Below are positions 9,163 through 18,749 of a DNA stretch of 64,000 nucleotides, one piece after another; position 1 is the first letter of the stretch; the number at the start of each line of letters is the position of its first letter. The stretch covers positions 1,216,001 through 1,280,000 of the forward strand of contig CBDHHL010000032.1 of assembly GCA_965263355.1 (NCBI GenBank), read 5' to 3'. A model generated the notes under the pieces. The model was not told the origin of the DNA and ran no database searches. It saw nothing but the letters and a program-made list of their open reading frames with translations. This DNA comes from Leptolyngbyaceae cyanobacterium. Its GTDB lineage: Bacteria > Cyanobacteriota > Cyanobacteriia > Phormidesmidales > Phormidesmidaceae. The position numbers and the translations under genes are program-made.

Positions 9163-9927
9163 ATGGAACATCTGTCTCAATCCTGGTCTAGTGTTTCCCC
9201 TGATGTCGTAAGCGATGGGGTGATATCTAGCTTTTTGGCTAGCTTGGGTACTGGAATCGGAGCAATTCCAGTGCTTTTTGTCTCACAGCTAAGCGAACGT
9301 TGGAAAGCCTTACTGTTGAGTGTAGGTAGTGGTGTAATGCTATCGGCGGCAGCGTTTTCGTTGTTGATACCAGCATTGTTTCTGGCTGGCAATGGGTTGG
9401 GGGCCGTTGAAGTTGTCACTGCTGTTATGGTAGGGGCAGTAATTTTCTATGGTTTAGAGCGCTTGCTGCCAGAACCAGAATTAGAGCATGAGGCGCACTT
9501 GCGTCATATTTGGCTATTTGTGTTGGCCATTGCCTTGCATCATTTTCCAGAAGGTTTGGCCGTTGGTGTGGGAACGGCGTCTACCCACGATGCGAGTATT
9601 GCAATTGGGGTGGCTTTGCAAAACCTACCCGAAGGATTGATGGTGGCTATAGCCCTGCGACAGTTGGGCTATGGTGCTGGACTATCGCTGGGGGTGGCGG
9701 TTGTGTCTGGTTGGTTAGAGCCCCTGGGCGGTTTATTTGGAGTGGTTTTAGTGAATTGGGGTAGTGCGATCGCGCCCATTGGTATGGCGTTAGCTGCTGG
9801 GGCAATGCTCTTTGTAGTACTCCATGAGTTGCTGCCCGAACTGAATTTGAAGACGTTAAACAGCAGTGGATCAGTGGGTTTATTGGCCGGGGTAGTGATG
9901 ATGGGAATGGTGGAGCAGTTACTTTAA
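9163..9927 (+). CDS. ZIP family divalent metal transporter (ZupT/GufA-like)
   Basis: HHFPEG and QNLPEG metal-site motifs, GVML, HELLPE and multiple TMs. Confidence 0.92.
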   Translation: MEHLSQSWSSVSPDVVSDGVISSFLASLGTGIGAIPVLFVSQLSERWKALLLSVGSGVMLSAAAFSLLIPALFLAGNGLGAVEVVTAVMVGAVIFYGLERLLPEPELEHEAHLRHIWLFVLAIALHHFPEGLAVGVGTASTHDASIAIGVALQNLPEGLMVAIALRQLGYGAGLSLGVAVVSGWLEPLGGLFGVVLVNWGSAIAPIGMALAAGAMLFVVLHELLPELNLKTLNSSGSVGLLAGVVMMGMVEQLL

Positions 9928-10030
9928 ATCTCGCAGATACCTTCGTTTTTTATGTCGTTAAATTGTTCAATGTGGTCTAGATGGATGATGGTATCATTAT
10001 CGAGAAACCCGATTAAAAGTGGATAATCCT

Positions 10031-10055
10031 GTAGGGGCAATCCCTTGTGGATGCC
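10031..10055 (+). repeat. REP-like dispersed repeat GTAGGGGCAATCCCTTGTGGATGCC
   Basis: A near-identical copy lies on the minus strand at 56819-56844. Confidence 0.6.
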
Positions 10056-10132
10056 TTTCGATGCCGGACGCTATCAAGCAGGATTTCGTATAAGGTAAGG
10101 AGTGAAGTTCTTTAGCATCCTCCTATGCGGTC

Positions 10133-10177
10133 AAAATTAACCCACCATAGAGGGACTCTACCCCGATGGTGGGTTAA
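10133..10177 (-). terminator. Probable intrinsic terminator of the flotillin operon
   Basis: 12-bp stem TTAACCCACCAT/ATGGTGGGTTAA followed by a T-run on the minus strand, about 40 bp after the stop. Confidence 0.65.
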
Positions 10178-10215
10178 GCGTTTCTAAGTGTTTTCAGGCT
10201 AATATCTGGGCGTTA

Positions 10216-11466
10216 CTATTTACCCTCTGGCAATTGTTGGGAGCCACTGGCTAGATTATTTACGGCGCTAGCAATGTCCAGCCCCGTTGTCTGTTTGAGT
10301 TGCTCGATAATGGCAATTGCCTGTTTGGCGGTTCCCCCTGTTTGGCCATCGATCATGGTGACATTCTGAATATTCACATCAGGTACTGTAGCGCTCAGGG
10401 TTTTTAACAACATTTCCAGCTTTTGTAACAGGAAAATATCACGGGCATTACCCCCAGCTGCACGCCAGGACTCAGCCAGCTGTTTGGTACCTTCTGCTTG
10501 GGCTTTGCCGTCTTCAATAATCTGGGCAGCATCCCCTTTTGCTTCTGCCATGGCTCGCTTACACTCAGCCTCAGCAGGGGCGACCACGTCTGCTTTGAGT
10601 TGTTCCGTGACCTGCTTGATTCGTTCCTGCTGTACTGGAATCTCAGACTGAATGCGAACGAGTTCAGAGGCAATTTCAGCTTCTACCTCGGCCACGACAG
10701 CACCCCGCTTGGTCAGGGCGTCTTGAATCCGACGCTCGGCTTCGGCTTCGGCAATGCCAGTATCCCGCTCAATCCGACGTACAGAGGTGAGCTTTTCATT
10801 CTCAGCCGTTTGAATGGCGGATGCTGATTGGGCATTGGCTTCGGCAATGCGGGCATCACGCTGTAGTTGAGCCTGCTGTTTACGACCGATAGAATCAAGG
10901 TAGCGTACGTTGTCAGAAATATTTTGAATTTGGAGGGTGTCAAGCACTAGTCCTAGCTTTTCAAGATCCTCTTCAGCTTCATCTAAGAGACTTTTGGCAA
11001 AGGCAATTTTGTCTTCGTTGACTTGCTCTGGGGTTAGACTAGCCAATACGCCTCGCAAGTTGCCTTCCAGGGTCTCTTTAGCAATTTTTTCAATCTCCTT
11101 TCGGCTCTTACCCAACAGTCTTTCGATAGCATTGTGGATAGCGGGTTCTTCGCCAGCAACCTTGATGTTAGCAACGCCATCTACCTGCAGTGGAATACCT
11201 CCTTTTGAGTAGGCGTTGGTGACCTTTAGCTCGATGATCATATTGGTGAGGTCCATGCGTAGCGCCTTTTCTAATAAGGGTTTACGAATGCTACTGCCGC
11301 CTTTGACTAAGCGATAGCCGACCTTTTTTTGCCCTAACCGTTTTTGAGCGCCTGCAAAGATCAGTACCTCGTTGGGCTGGCAAATATAATAAAGGTTGCG
11401 AATGATTAGGGAGATAACTCCTGTACCACCGCCGAGAATAACGAGTAAAAGAACTAAACCTGGCAT
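10216..11466 (-). CDS. Flotillin / SPFH domain protein
   Basis: N-terminal TM; AIERLLGK, ETLEGNLRGV, YLDSIG and AE-rich coiled coil. Confidence 0.92.
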   Translation of the reverse strand: MPGLVLLLVILGGGTGVISLIIRNLYYICQPNEVLIFAGAQKRLGQKKVGYRLVKGGSSIRKPLLEKALRMDLTNMIIELKVTNAYSKGGIPLQVDGVANIKVAGEEPAIHNAIERLLGKSRKEIEKIAKETLEGNLRGVLASLTPEQVNEDKIAFAKSLLDEAEEDLEKLGLVLDTLQIQNISDNVRYLDSIGRKQQAQLQRDARIAEANAQSASAIQTAENEKLTSVRRIERDTGIAEAEAERRIQDALTKRGAVVAEVEAEIASELVRIQSEIPVQQERIKQVTEQLKADVVAPAEAECKRAMAEAKGDAAQIIEDGKAQAEGTKQLAESWRAAGGNARDIFLLQKLEMLLKTLSATVPDVNIQNVTMIDGQTGGTAKQAIAIIEQLKQTTGLDIASAVNNLASGSQQLPEGK

Positions 11467-12935
11467 TAGTTACTGCCCTCCATGTTGGGCTCTATAGTTG
11501 TTGTGTTAGTGGTTGTATTACTTGCGGCAGCAGGTTCTAGCTGACGTTGAAAGTTTTGGTGCAGGGTACCGGTAACGTCGATACCTAGGGTGTCGTCTAC
11601 CTGTTTGAGGAACTGACGGACAATGTCGGGATAGATATTGACGAGACTGGCAATGGACTGACCGTCGCCGTTGTCGATGACGTTGACATTTTTGAGATGA
11701 ATGCGACCGGGAATCTTTGCAGCTTCCCTGAGTACCATGTCAATTTGCTGTATCAAAAAGACCTGAGTGGCATCCGTACCCGTTTCAGCCCAGACCTTGG
11801 CCAGCATGTTGTTAACGAGGGCAGCGGCTTTGGCATTCTCTTCTAGCGCTGCTGCTTGTCCCTTAGCATAGAGTTCCTGGGCTTGTTTGGCAGCTTGGGC
11901 AGGCAGGACTTCGTCAGCTTGTAGACGCAGGCGTTCAAGTTCAGCCCGTACGGTTTGTAGCTGTTGTTCTGCCCGTGCCCGTGCTTCTTTTGCAGCTGCC
12001 GTGGTGCGTTCTTCTTCTGATTTGGCCCGTTCCTCTAGCTCAGCTTTAATTTTACGCAGTTGGTTTTGCTTTTCCTGTACTACAGTGAGAGCTTGTGTTC
12101 TGGCAACTTCCGCCTGCTTTTGGCAGTCTGCTTCAATCCTGTCAGCTTCACCAACGGCTTCAGCTTCAGCAATTTCGGCATCGCGAATGATATTAGCGAT
12201 GCGACGACGACCGATGGAGCTAAGGTAGTCAACATCATCGGTGACACTTTGAATCTTTAAGGTGTCTAGATGCAGGCCCAGTTTGCCCAGGTCTTTGGCT
12301 ACATCAGCGGCAATCCGTTCTGCGAAGTTGAGCCGATCTTCGTTTACCTGTTCTGGGGTAAGTAGGGCGACAACACCTCGAAGGTTACCTTCTAAGGTTT
12401 CGCGGACTACCCGACGAATTTCTGAGCGGTTGCGACCTAGAAAGCGCTCAATGGCGTTGCCGACAACGCTGCGATCGCTAGAAATTTTGACATTAGCGAT
12501 GGCCTGAATATTCAGCGGTGTGCCTCCCTTGGCATAGGCATTGGTCACCTCAACCGGGATTGGCATGGTGGTCATGTCCATGCTTTGCACCTGTTCAATA
12601 ATAGGTACTACCAGAGTGCGACCGCCAAAAACAACCCGATAGCCAACAGTCTGGCCTCGTTTATTTTTGTATTTGCGACCCGAGATAATTAAGATCTGAT
12701 TGGGGTTACAAATGCGTAAACAGGTCTTGAGCACTATGATTAATGCACCAACGCCAAGTAGACCGAGGACCAGCGCACTACCGCCTAATATGGCACCTGC
12801 CTGGGCTGTATTTTGACTGGCCTGAGTAATGGGCAAAGCCTGGGCCACTTCGTAACTCGCTATTTCGGCCTGGGCCGATGTGTTTTGGTCACTTGCTGGT
12901 GTAGTCTGCCCCAGCAAGAGTGAAGGGTGTGTCAT
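11466..12935 (-). CDS. Flotillin / SPFH domain protein (second paralogue)
   Basis: AIERFLGR, ETLEGNLRGV, YLSSIG and long coiled coil; TAATG stop/start overlap with the downstream paralogue. Confidence 0.92.
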   Translation of the reverse strand: MTHPSLLLGQTTPASDQNTSAQAEIASYEVAQALPITQASQNTAQAGAILGGSALVLGLLGVGALIIVLKTCLRICNPNQILIISGRKYKNKRGQTVGYRVVFGGRTLVVPIIEQVQSMDMTTMPIPVEVTNAYAKGGTPLNIQAIANVKISSDRSVVGNAIERFLGRNRSEIRRVVRETLEGNLRGVVALLTPEQVNEDRLNFAERIAADVAKDLGKLGLHLDTLKIQSVTDDVDYLSSIGRRRIANIIRDAEIAEAEAVGEADRIEADCQKQAEVARTQALTVVQEKQNQLRKIKAELEERAKSEEERTTAAAKEARARAEQQLQTVRAELERLRLQADEVLPAQAAKQAQELYAKGQAAALEENAKAAALVNNMLAKVWAETGTDATQVFLIQQIDMVLREAAKIPGRIHLKNVNVIDNGDGQSIASLVNIYPDIVRQFLKQVDDTLGIDVTGTLHQNFQRQLEPAAASNTTTNTTTIEPNMEGSN

Positions 12936-12958
12936 AGGTATGAATAGATCAGTGTAGG

Positions 12959-13636
12959 TTAGTTCTGCTGAGCAGCAGTTTCGTCAGAAACGACCCAAAG
13001 GCGATTTTTCTCGACATTAACGACGAGCACTTTGTCCCCCGGTACGAATTGTTTGGTATCGTCCGTTAATGCCATCATGTGCAATGTACTACCACGTATT
13101 TCCAGGCGTACTTTGCCCTTGCTTTTGGCATCAAAGGGCAGTTCTACGATGCCCAACCGTCCGGCAAAATCTTCGGTACGAATAAGACTATCGGCATGGC
13201 GACGGGCCAGGTGACGAAGGACAATTGCCAGGGAACCCCCTAGCAAAATGCCCATAATCAGGGCGACGCTGAAGATGATTGAACTAGGCCAGTTTGGCTG
13301 GACCCAACCGAGGCTAAGGCCAGTCAGGCCAAAGAAAAATCCACCGACGGTCCAGAATTTGAAACTGGTCAGGATGTTAAGGCTAAAGACGTAAGCTCCT
13401 TTAACTTTGCGCAGGAGCTGGAGGTCAGTGTCTATTTCGGCATCAAAGCCAGTTCCTGCACTCATATCTGGTGCATCGCCGTCGATGTCCACATCACCGT
13501 CGAGGTCTAGATCCGCATCTAGATCCACATCGGCATCAAAGTCGGCATCGAAATCGGCATCACCGGCACCGCCTAGAGCTGCGATCGCAACAAAGACGCC
13601 GCCAATGACAAAACAAAACCAGTAAATTGACTGCAC
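12959..13636 (-). CDS. NfeD-like membrane protein (YqiJ/YuaF-like) with acidic repeat loop
   Basis: Three TMs and a C-terminal OB-like domain (GKVRLEIRG...GDKVLVV); first gene of the flotillin operon. Confidence 0.82.
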   Translation of the reverse strand: MQSIYWFCFVIGGVFVAIAALGGAGDADFDADFDADVDLDADLDLDGDVDIDGDAPDMSAGTGFDAEIDTDLQLLRKVKGAYVFSLNILTSFKFWTVGGFFFGLTGLSLGWVQPNWPSSIIFSVALIMGILLGGSLAIVLRHLARRHADSLIRTEDFAGRLGIVELPFDAKSKGKVRLEIRGSTLHMMALTDDTKQFVPGDKVLVVNVEKNRLWVVSDETAAQQN

Positions 13637-13758
13637 GGTATCTCCTTAGGGGTTCATTCCCTAGTGATAGTCAGATACAGTCTGTGACCTTAAAATTCCT
13701 GACAATTTTTAATGTTCTGTAGGGTTGGCACGGGCCACCACTCCTTGCAGCAGAAATG

Positions 13759-14541
13759 TTACCCAATATTGTCCGGATCCACACCCATTTCCCGCAGCTT
13801 TGCCTGTAACTGCTCCAATTTTTTCTGAGTTTCTAGTTGTGCTTGTTCTGCCATTTCAGCCCGCTGTCGTTCTTCTTCAGCCCGCTGCCGTTCTTCTTCA
13901 GCTGTTCGTTCTGCCTGTTGTCGAGCCAGGGCTTCTTGCTTAAGTGCTACAGCCAGTTCACTGGGGATCAACAGGCGTTCATCGTTATCCTGACGGTAAA
14001 AGCCAATCAGCTGTCCTTCATGCACGAGACGCAGTTGCAATGGTTCACTGATACTGTCGCTGATCGGTTCGTAATAGGGTTCTTCGGGACCGTTCCGTAG
14101 ACGATATCCCTGTAGGGCAGGCTCTAACCATTCAGCTTTGGGATCAAACAGCCAATATTCTTGAACACCCAGCTGGGCATAGAGAGTTTTCTTAAATACT
14201 TCATCTTTACTGCGAGTTCCTTGAGAGGTCATTTCAAAAATAACCGAGGGAACTTCCCCTTCTTGCCAGATTTTATAGTTGTCTCGACCGCCAGGTTCTA
14301 CGCCAAAGATAACCATGACATCTGGAGCCACACGCAGCTTAGGATAGCCTTGGGCATAGTACATAAACTGGTTGCCGAGCACCGTGGCCTGTTGCCCCTG
14401 AAGGTATTGGGTCAATACCTCAATAGTGACCAACATGGCATAGAGATGGACAAATGTTTCAGCCACAGGTTTGCCGTCAGAACTGGGATAGACAACGGTA
14501 GATTCTGCCTCAGTTTGAGGTCTATGAACAGTAGTCACCAT
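13759..14541 (-). CDS. Uma2 (DUF820) family putative endonuclease
   Basis: YPSSDGKPVAE, VAPDVMV, EMTS and YAQLGVQEYWLFDP; C-terminal AEEERQR repeat. Confidence 0.92.
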   Translation of the reverse strand: MVTTVHRPQTEAESTVVYPSSDGKPVAETFVHLYAMLVTIEVLTQYLQGQQATVLGNQFMYYAQGYPKLRVAPDVMVIFGVEPGGRDNYKIWQEGEVPSVIFEMTSQGTRSKDEVFKKTLYAQLGVQEYWLFDPKAEWLEPALQGYRLRNGPEEPYYEPISDSISEPLQLRLVHEGQLIGFYRQDNDERLLIPSELAVALKQEALARQQAERTAEEERQRAEEERQRAEMAEQAQLETQKKLEQLQAKLREMGVDPDNIG

Positions 14542-14583
14542 AGCCCACCTAGCGAATAGATGTACTTATCATACTTGCAAAAT

Positions 14584-14619
14584 ACATACGCTGCCGTCCG
14601 TTGGGATAGCAGCGTATGT
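14584..14619 (-). terminator. Hairpin downstream of the EF-G paralogue
   Basis: 11-bp stem ACATACGCTGC/GCAGCGTATGT followed by ATTTT on the minus strand. Confidence 0.6.
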
Positions 14620-14693
14620 CATAAGGGGAACGAACTCCGAACTCCGAATTCTACACTAGGGAAATCGTCCCGGATTAATTAAGTTGATACCCG

Positions 14694-16727
14694 TTATCTA
14701 TGACTGCCAATTTCAGCCACAATTTTCTCCTTTATTCTCTCGGGTACCGTACTCAGATGATCATACTGCCAACTGAAGAAGCCCACTCCCATACTCAACG
14801 AGCGTAACTCTAAGATGAGAGTTTGCATTTCAGCCACAGGCAGCTGAGCAGAGACTTCATCCCAACCTGGCCAATTTTCCTTGTTGTTGTACCCCATCAC
14901 CTGCCCTCGACGACCGCTGATCAGCGTGAGCACATTGGAGGTAAAGCGATTGGGGACCGATATAGACAGCGAAGCCACCGGTTCTAACAGCGCTGGCTTG
15001 CACTCAGGTAGCCCAGTTTGCATCGCAATGCGAGCCGCCTGCTTAAATGCCTGATCAGAACTATCTACATGGTGATAAGACCCGTTTTTCAATGTGACCG
15101 AGACATCCACCACTGGGAAGCCTAAAGGACCTTGTTTAAGAAACTCTCTTACCCCCGTCTCCACACTAGGAATATATTGTTTGGGAACAACACCGCCAAC
15201 AATCTTTTCATCGAACTTAAACCCTTCTCCCCTGGGTAAGGGCTGAATGTCGATGTAAATGTCGCCAAACTGTCCATGGCCACCGGTCTGGTGTTTGTAG
15301 CGTCCGCGAATATCAGATTTAGCATTGCGGATGGTCTCTTTGTAAGCGACCTGAGGTTCATGGGTAGTCATGGGCAAGTTGTACTTGCGGTTGAGCCAGT
15401 CCATGGCAATTTTCAGATGGACATCTCCCTGCCCCCACAAAATCACTTCGTGGGTGTCGCCATGTTGTTCCCAATGTAGGGCAGGGTCTTCTTCCACTAA
15501 TTTGTTGAGGGCTCCGCTGAGCTTTACTTCGTCATTGCGCTTTTCGGGGGCAATGGCTAGGGCATAAACCGCTGGCAAAATATCCGCTGTGGGTAAGATT
15601 TTGTCAGCGGTTTCGGCTGTGGTTAGGGTGTCGCCCGTTTGAGCATTTTCTAGGCGGGCGATCGCAACCACATTACCAGCCTCAGCCGCACTTAGTGCCT
15701 GTTGTTGACTCCCCCTTAAGGCATAAAGACCACCCATGCGATCCATGCCAAGGCTGGCTCCATCCTTGAGGGTACCTCGCCAGATCCGAGCCAACGATAG
15801 TTTGCCACCTTGGGGACTATAGTAGGTTTTGAGAATCTGCACTAAGGGTTTGTTATTACTTAGATCAATGCCCCGTCGTTCAGCCGTCACCTGCGGTTCG
15901 GGGGTTTCACGGACTAAGGCATCCAGCAGTGGGCGAACACCATAATCATTGGTGGCTACACCAACAAACACGGGCACTACCAGGTCTGCGCCCAACTCCA
16001 TCCTGAGATCCTGAATAATTTCATCTTCTGGTGGATCGATTTCTTCCAGTAGCTCTTCTAATAAATGATCGTCAAAGTCTGCTAGAGTCTCCAGCATTTC
16101 GGTGCGCGCTGCTTTTTCCTCTGCCGCCAGTTCTGTCGGCAACGGTATCGGGTCAGCTGCCGCTCCAGCATGGTAGTGATAGGCTTGCTCACTAACTAAG
16201 TCAATAAACCCTACCAGGTCTGCGCCAGTGCCAATGGGATATTGGTGGGGCACTAGGGGCCGACTAGAAACAGATTTTAGGGCGTCTAACACCTCTGCAA
16301 AGGGTGCACTGGCGCGATCCATTTTATTTAGCCAGACCACATGGGGGATTTCCCACTTATCGAGAAAATGTAATAGCGGTGAGACCGTAAGGACCCTGCT
16401 GGGGTCAGGTTCGCACACGACAATGGCGGCGTCCACACCCATCAAAACATGTAGCGGTTCTTGCAATAATTCAATTGAGCCTGGGCAGTCAAGGAATGTA
16501 AAACGAATGCCGCCGTACTCAGTACAGGCGGCATTCGTTTCGACCGTCATTTGGCGATTGCGGGCTTCAGGTGTGTGGTCTCCAACCGTATTACCGTCAG
16601 GAATAGATCCTTTGCGAGAAATAGCATCGGTGACCGAAAGCAGACTCTCAAGCAATGTGGTTTTACCACTTGAGTATGGGCCTACAATCGCCACGTTTCG
16701 TGAACGACAGACAGCGGCTTTAGCCAT
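14694..16727 (-). CDS. Elongation factor G paralogue (EF-G2-like)
   Basis: G1 GPYSSGKT, G3 DCPG, G4 NKMD, QTGGHGQFG, GSYHHVDSS and LLEP; not in an str operon. Start placed at MAKAAV. Confidence 0.92.
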   Translation of the reverse strand: MAKAAVCRSRNVAIVGPYSSGKTTLLESLLSVTDAISRKGSIPDGNTVGDHTPEARNRQMTVETNAACTEYGGIRFTFLDCPGSIELLQEPLHVLMGVDAAIVVCEPDPSRVLTVSPLLHFLDKWEIPHVVWLNKMDRASAPFAEVLDALKSVSSRPLVPHQYPIGTGADLVGFIDLVSEQAYHYHAGAAADPIPLPTELAAEEKAARTEMLETLADFDDHLLEELLEEIDPPEDEIIQDLRMELGADLVVPVFVGVATNDYGVRPLLDALVRETPEPQVTAERRGIDLSNNKPLVQILKTYYSPQGGKLSLARIWRGTLKDGASLGMDRMGGLYALRGSQQQALSAAEAGNVVAIARLENAQTGDTLTTAETADKILPTADILPAVYALAIAPEKRNDEVKLSGALNKLVEEDPALHWEQHGDTHEVILWGQGDVHLKIAMDWLNRKYNLPMTTHEPQVAYKETIRNAKSDIRGRYKHQTGGHGQFGDIYIDIQPLPRGEGFKFDEKIVGGVVPKQYIPSVETGVREFLKQGPLGFPVVDVSVTLKNGSYHHVDSSDQAFKQAARIAMQTGLPECKPALLEPVASLSISVPNRFTSNVLTLISGRRGQVMGYNNKENWPGWDEVSAQLPVAEMQTLILELRSLSMGVGFFSWQYDHLSTVPERIKEKIVAEIGSHR

Positions 16728-17188
16728 AGGTTTACCCCTTTTTCTAAAGAGAAGAAAATCGGCCAAGTTCAGATTGGGGTTTTAGGTTGTAGAGCGTCTG
16801 AACTTTTAGGCCAGGGGACGATACCTCTTAACGGACATTAAGGGCGAAATCAATTAGGTTAAGAAACTATGAGCCCCTGGGTTATATGGCTAGCCTAGCG
16901 TTGCTAGAAGTCCTTAATGAAAAGGAGTTTGAAAAAATTTATCAGTTTAAGAAGAGTAAGGCAGGGTTAAGTTTTAAGTTTTAACTGTTGAGTTTTGAGT
17001 GGAACTCAAATCCACCTCCGGTTCAAAACCGCGCGTTGTCGACTAAAGCGACAAAATTATTCATGCTGATTGGGATCGTTTATACGTGACTAATCCTTTG
17101 AGTGGGTTTTAATCCAATTAACCTTCTGGCTTTGATTCCAAGACGGAGTAACGCCTTGTCACCAGATGCAAGACTTTGAGAATGGACT

Positions 17189-17305
17189 CTACTTCCAGTT
17201 TTTATTCACACCAATGAGATTGCCAAACAGCATAATAAATCCACTCGCTAGGATAATTAGGGCTAAAGCCGCAAAGATACCGTCGAAAGCTGAGAGGTCT
17301 TCCAT
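17189..17305 (-). CDS. Putative 38-aa single-TM microprotein (not in the ORF track)
   Basis: Manual translation: MEDLSAFDGIFAALALIILASGFIMLFGNLIGVNKNWK*; starts 26 bp after the stop of the YbjN-like gene. Confidence 0.6.
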   Translation of the reverse strand: MEDLSAFDGIFAALALIILASGFIMLFGNLIGVNKNWK

Positions 17306-17331
17306 GGTCGGGATGACTAATTTTTCTACTT

Positions 17332-17820
17332 CTATAGTTTAGAGGGTCTGGTAGAGTTGAGAGCACGCTGGCCATCAAACTTGTCGATGATAATATTGCT
17401 GTAACGGGTTGCGATCGCACCTACCGACAATAAACATATCTCCAGCTCTGTCGGATCCATGTGCTTACCCCCCAAAATGCGATTAGCAAAAAACACCGTA
17501 CCTGCTTTATCAGTTTGAAATGAACCAAACCGCATTTTTCGGTTTTCGTCCAATAAAAACCTAAGCAAGTCTAGCTCAGGTCCACAACTAAGAGCGACAC
17601 AACTACTGGCTCGTACTATGGCCATTTCTTTATCAGGATACGGATGAGTATCCCAGGGCAGCACATACAACTCAACTAGCGTTGTTTCTTCGTAGAGCAA
17701 ATCAAAACAAGGCTGCTCTACATCGGTTCGTACGGTTGCTTTAAATAGGCTGCCACTGAGATAGTCCTGTACCCGCTCATAGGTAAGTTCTTGGGCCCCA
17801 TTAGTAAATTTCATTAACAC
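17332..17820 (-). CDS. YbjN / T3SS-chaperone-like domain protein
   Basis: LLRFLLDENRKMRFGSF and ILGGKHMD...GGQRA-like C-terminal pattern; start overlaps the DevA-like stop. Confidence 0.7.
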   Translation of the reverse strand: MLMKFTNGAQELTYERVQDYLSGSLFKATVRTDVEQPCFDLLYEETTLVELYVLPWDTHPYPDKEMAIVRASSCVALSCGPELDLLRFLLDENRKMRFGSFQTDKAGTVFFANRILGGKHMDPTELEICLLSVGAIATRYSNIIIDKFDGQRALNSTRPSKL

Positions 17821-18605
17821 TACATGATAAACATATCGGCACTGACCTCTGCTGGACCGCTTTGTTTCTTTTTAACAAAGGCATTGGGGCTGCTGTCCGA
17901 CTCCAGACGACCGTCCACCAGGTTGATAATGCGATCGGCCACATCCAAAATACGATTGTCGTGGGTGACCATCAGCACAGTGCAACCTTCTTGCCTTGAG
18001 AGCGTATGGAGGTAGTTCACGACGTCACGACCGGATTTTTTATCCAGGGCCGCTGTGGGTTCATCGGCCAAAATCAGTTTTGGATGATTTACAAGGGCCC
18101 TTGCGATGGCCACCCGTTGTTTTTGACCGCCGGACAGTGAGTGGGGTTTGTAATCTACTCGTTCAGCTAGCCCGAGGGTACTAAGCATGGTGACGGCTTG
18201 CTCTCGCTTTGATGAGAATTTTCCGGTAAGTTCCACAGCCATTTCGACATTTTGGCTGGCGGTCAGAGACTCAAATAAATTGTGCGCCTGAAAAATAAAG
18301 CCAATATTGCGGCGGATATTGACCATGGCTCGTTCGCCCATGCCAACTAGTTCTTGGTCAAGTATACGCAGGCTGCCTGAGTGTAACTGTCTCAGTGCGC
18401 CTGCCAAGGTTAGTAATGTTGTCTTACCAGAGCCAGAGGGACCGGTGAGAATAACAATTTGGCCCTTGGGTAACTCAAGGGAAATATCGAACAATACTTG
18501 TTTGCTCAGGTCACCGATGCCAAAGAAATAGTTTAGATGCTGAATTTGAACAGCCAGGTCATCTCTAGATGACTCAAAGGTAGATTTTTTTTGAGTTTTG
18601 AACAT
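17820..18605 (-). CDS. DevA-family ABC exporter ATP-binding subunit
   Basis: GPSGSGKT, LSGGQKQRVAIARAL, ADEPT and VTHDNRI. Confidence 0.92.
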   Translation of the reverse strand: MFKTQKKSTFESSRDDLAVQIQHLNYFFGIGDLSKQVLFDISLELPKGQIVILTGPSGSGKTTLLTLAGALRQLHSGSLRILDQELVGMGERAMVNIRRNIGFIFQAHNLFESLTASQNVEMAVELTGKFSSKREQAVTMLSTLGLAERVDYKPHSLSGGQKQRVAIARALVNHPKLILADEPTAALDKKSGRDVVNYLHTLSRQEGCTVLMVTHDNRILDVADRIINLVDGRLESDSSPNAFVKKKQSGPAEVSADMFIM

Positions 18606-18749
18606 GTTGCTACCCTAACTCAACGTCTATGTAAAGTTGTTCGATGATAATGATTGCTAATCCCAGACTCTTATCGGGCTATATTGTCTAGCTCCAGATA
18701 TTCGGTTGGTGAGCAGTAGGCATAGCCAACAACCATCGGGACTGACTCT

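Noticed and set aside
16228..16785. 185-aa plus-strand ORF, and the many other short ORFs nested in long genes
   Set aside because: Antisense or alternate-frame shadows of well-supported genes, with no recognisable motifs.
17172..17195. Minus-strand AGAGTCCATTCTCAAAG resembling part of the tRNA-Leu group I intron
   Set aside because: The other conserved intron elements and tRNA exons are absent; the upstream sequence is better explained by the 38-aa ORF.
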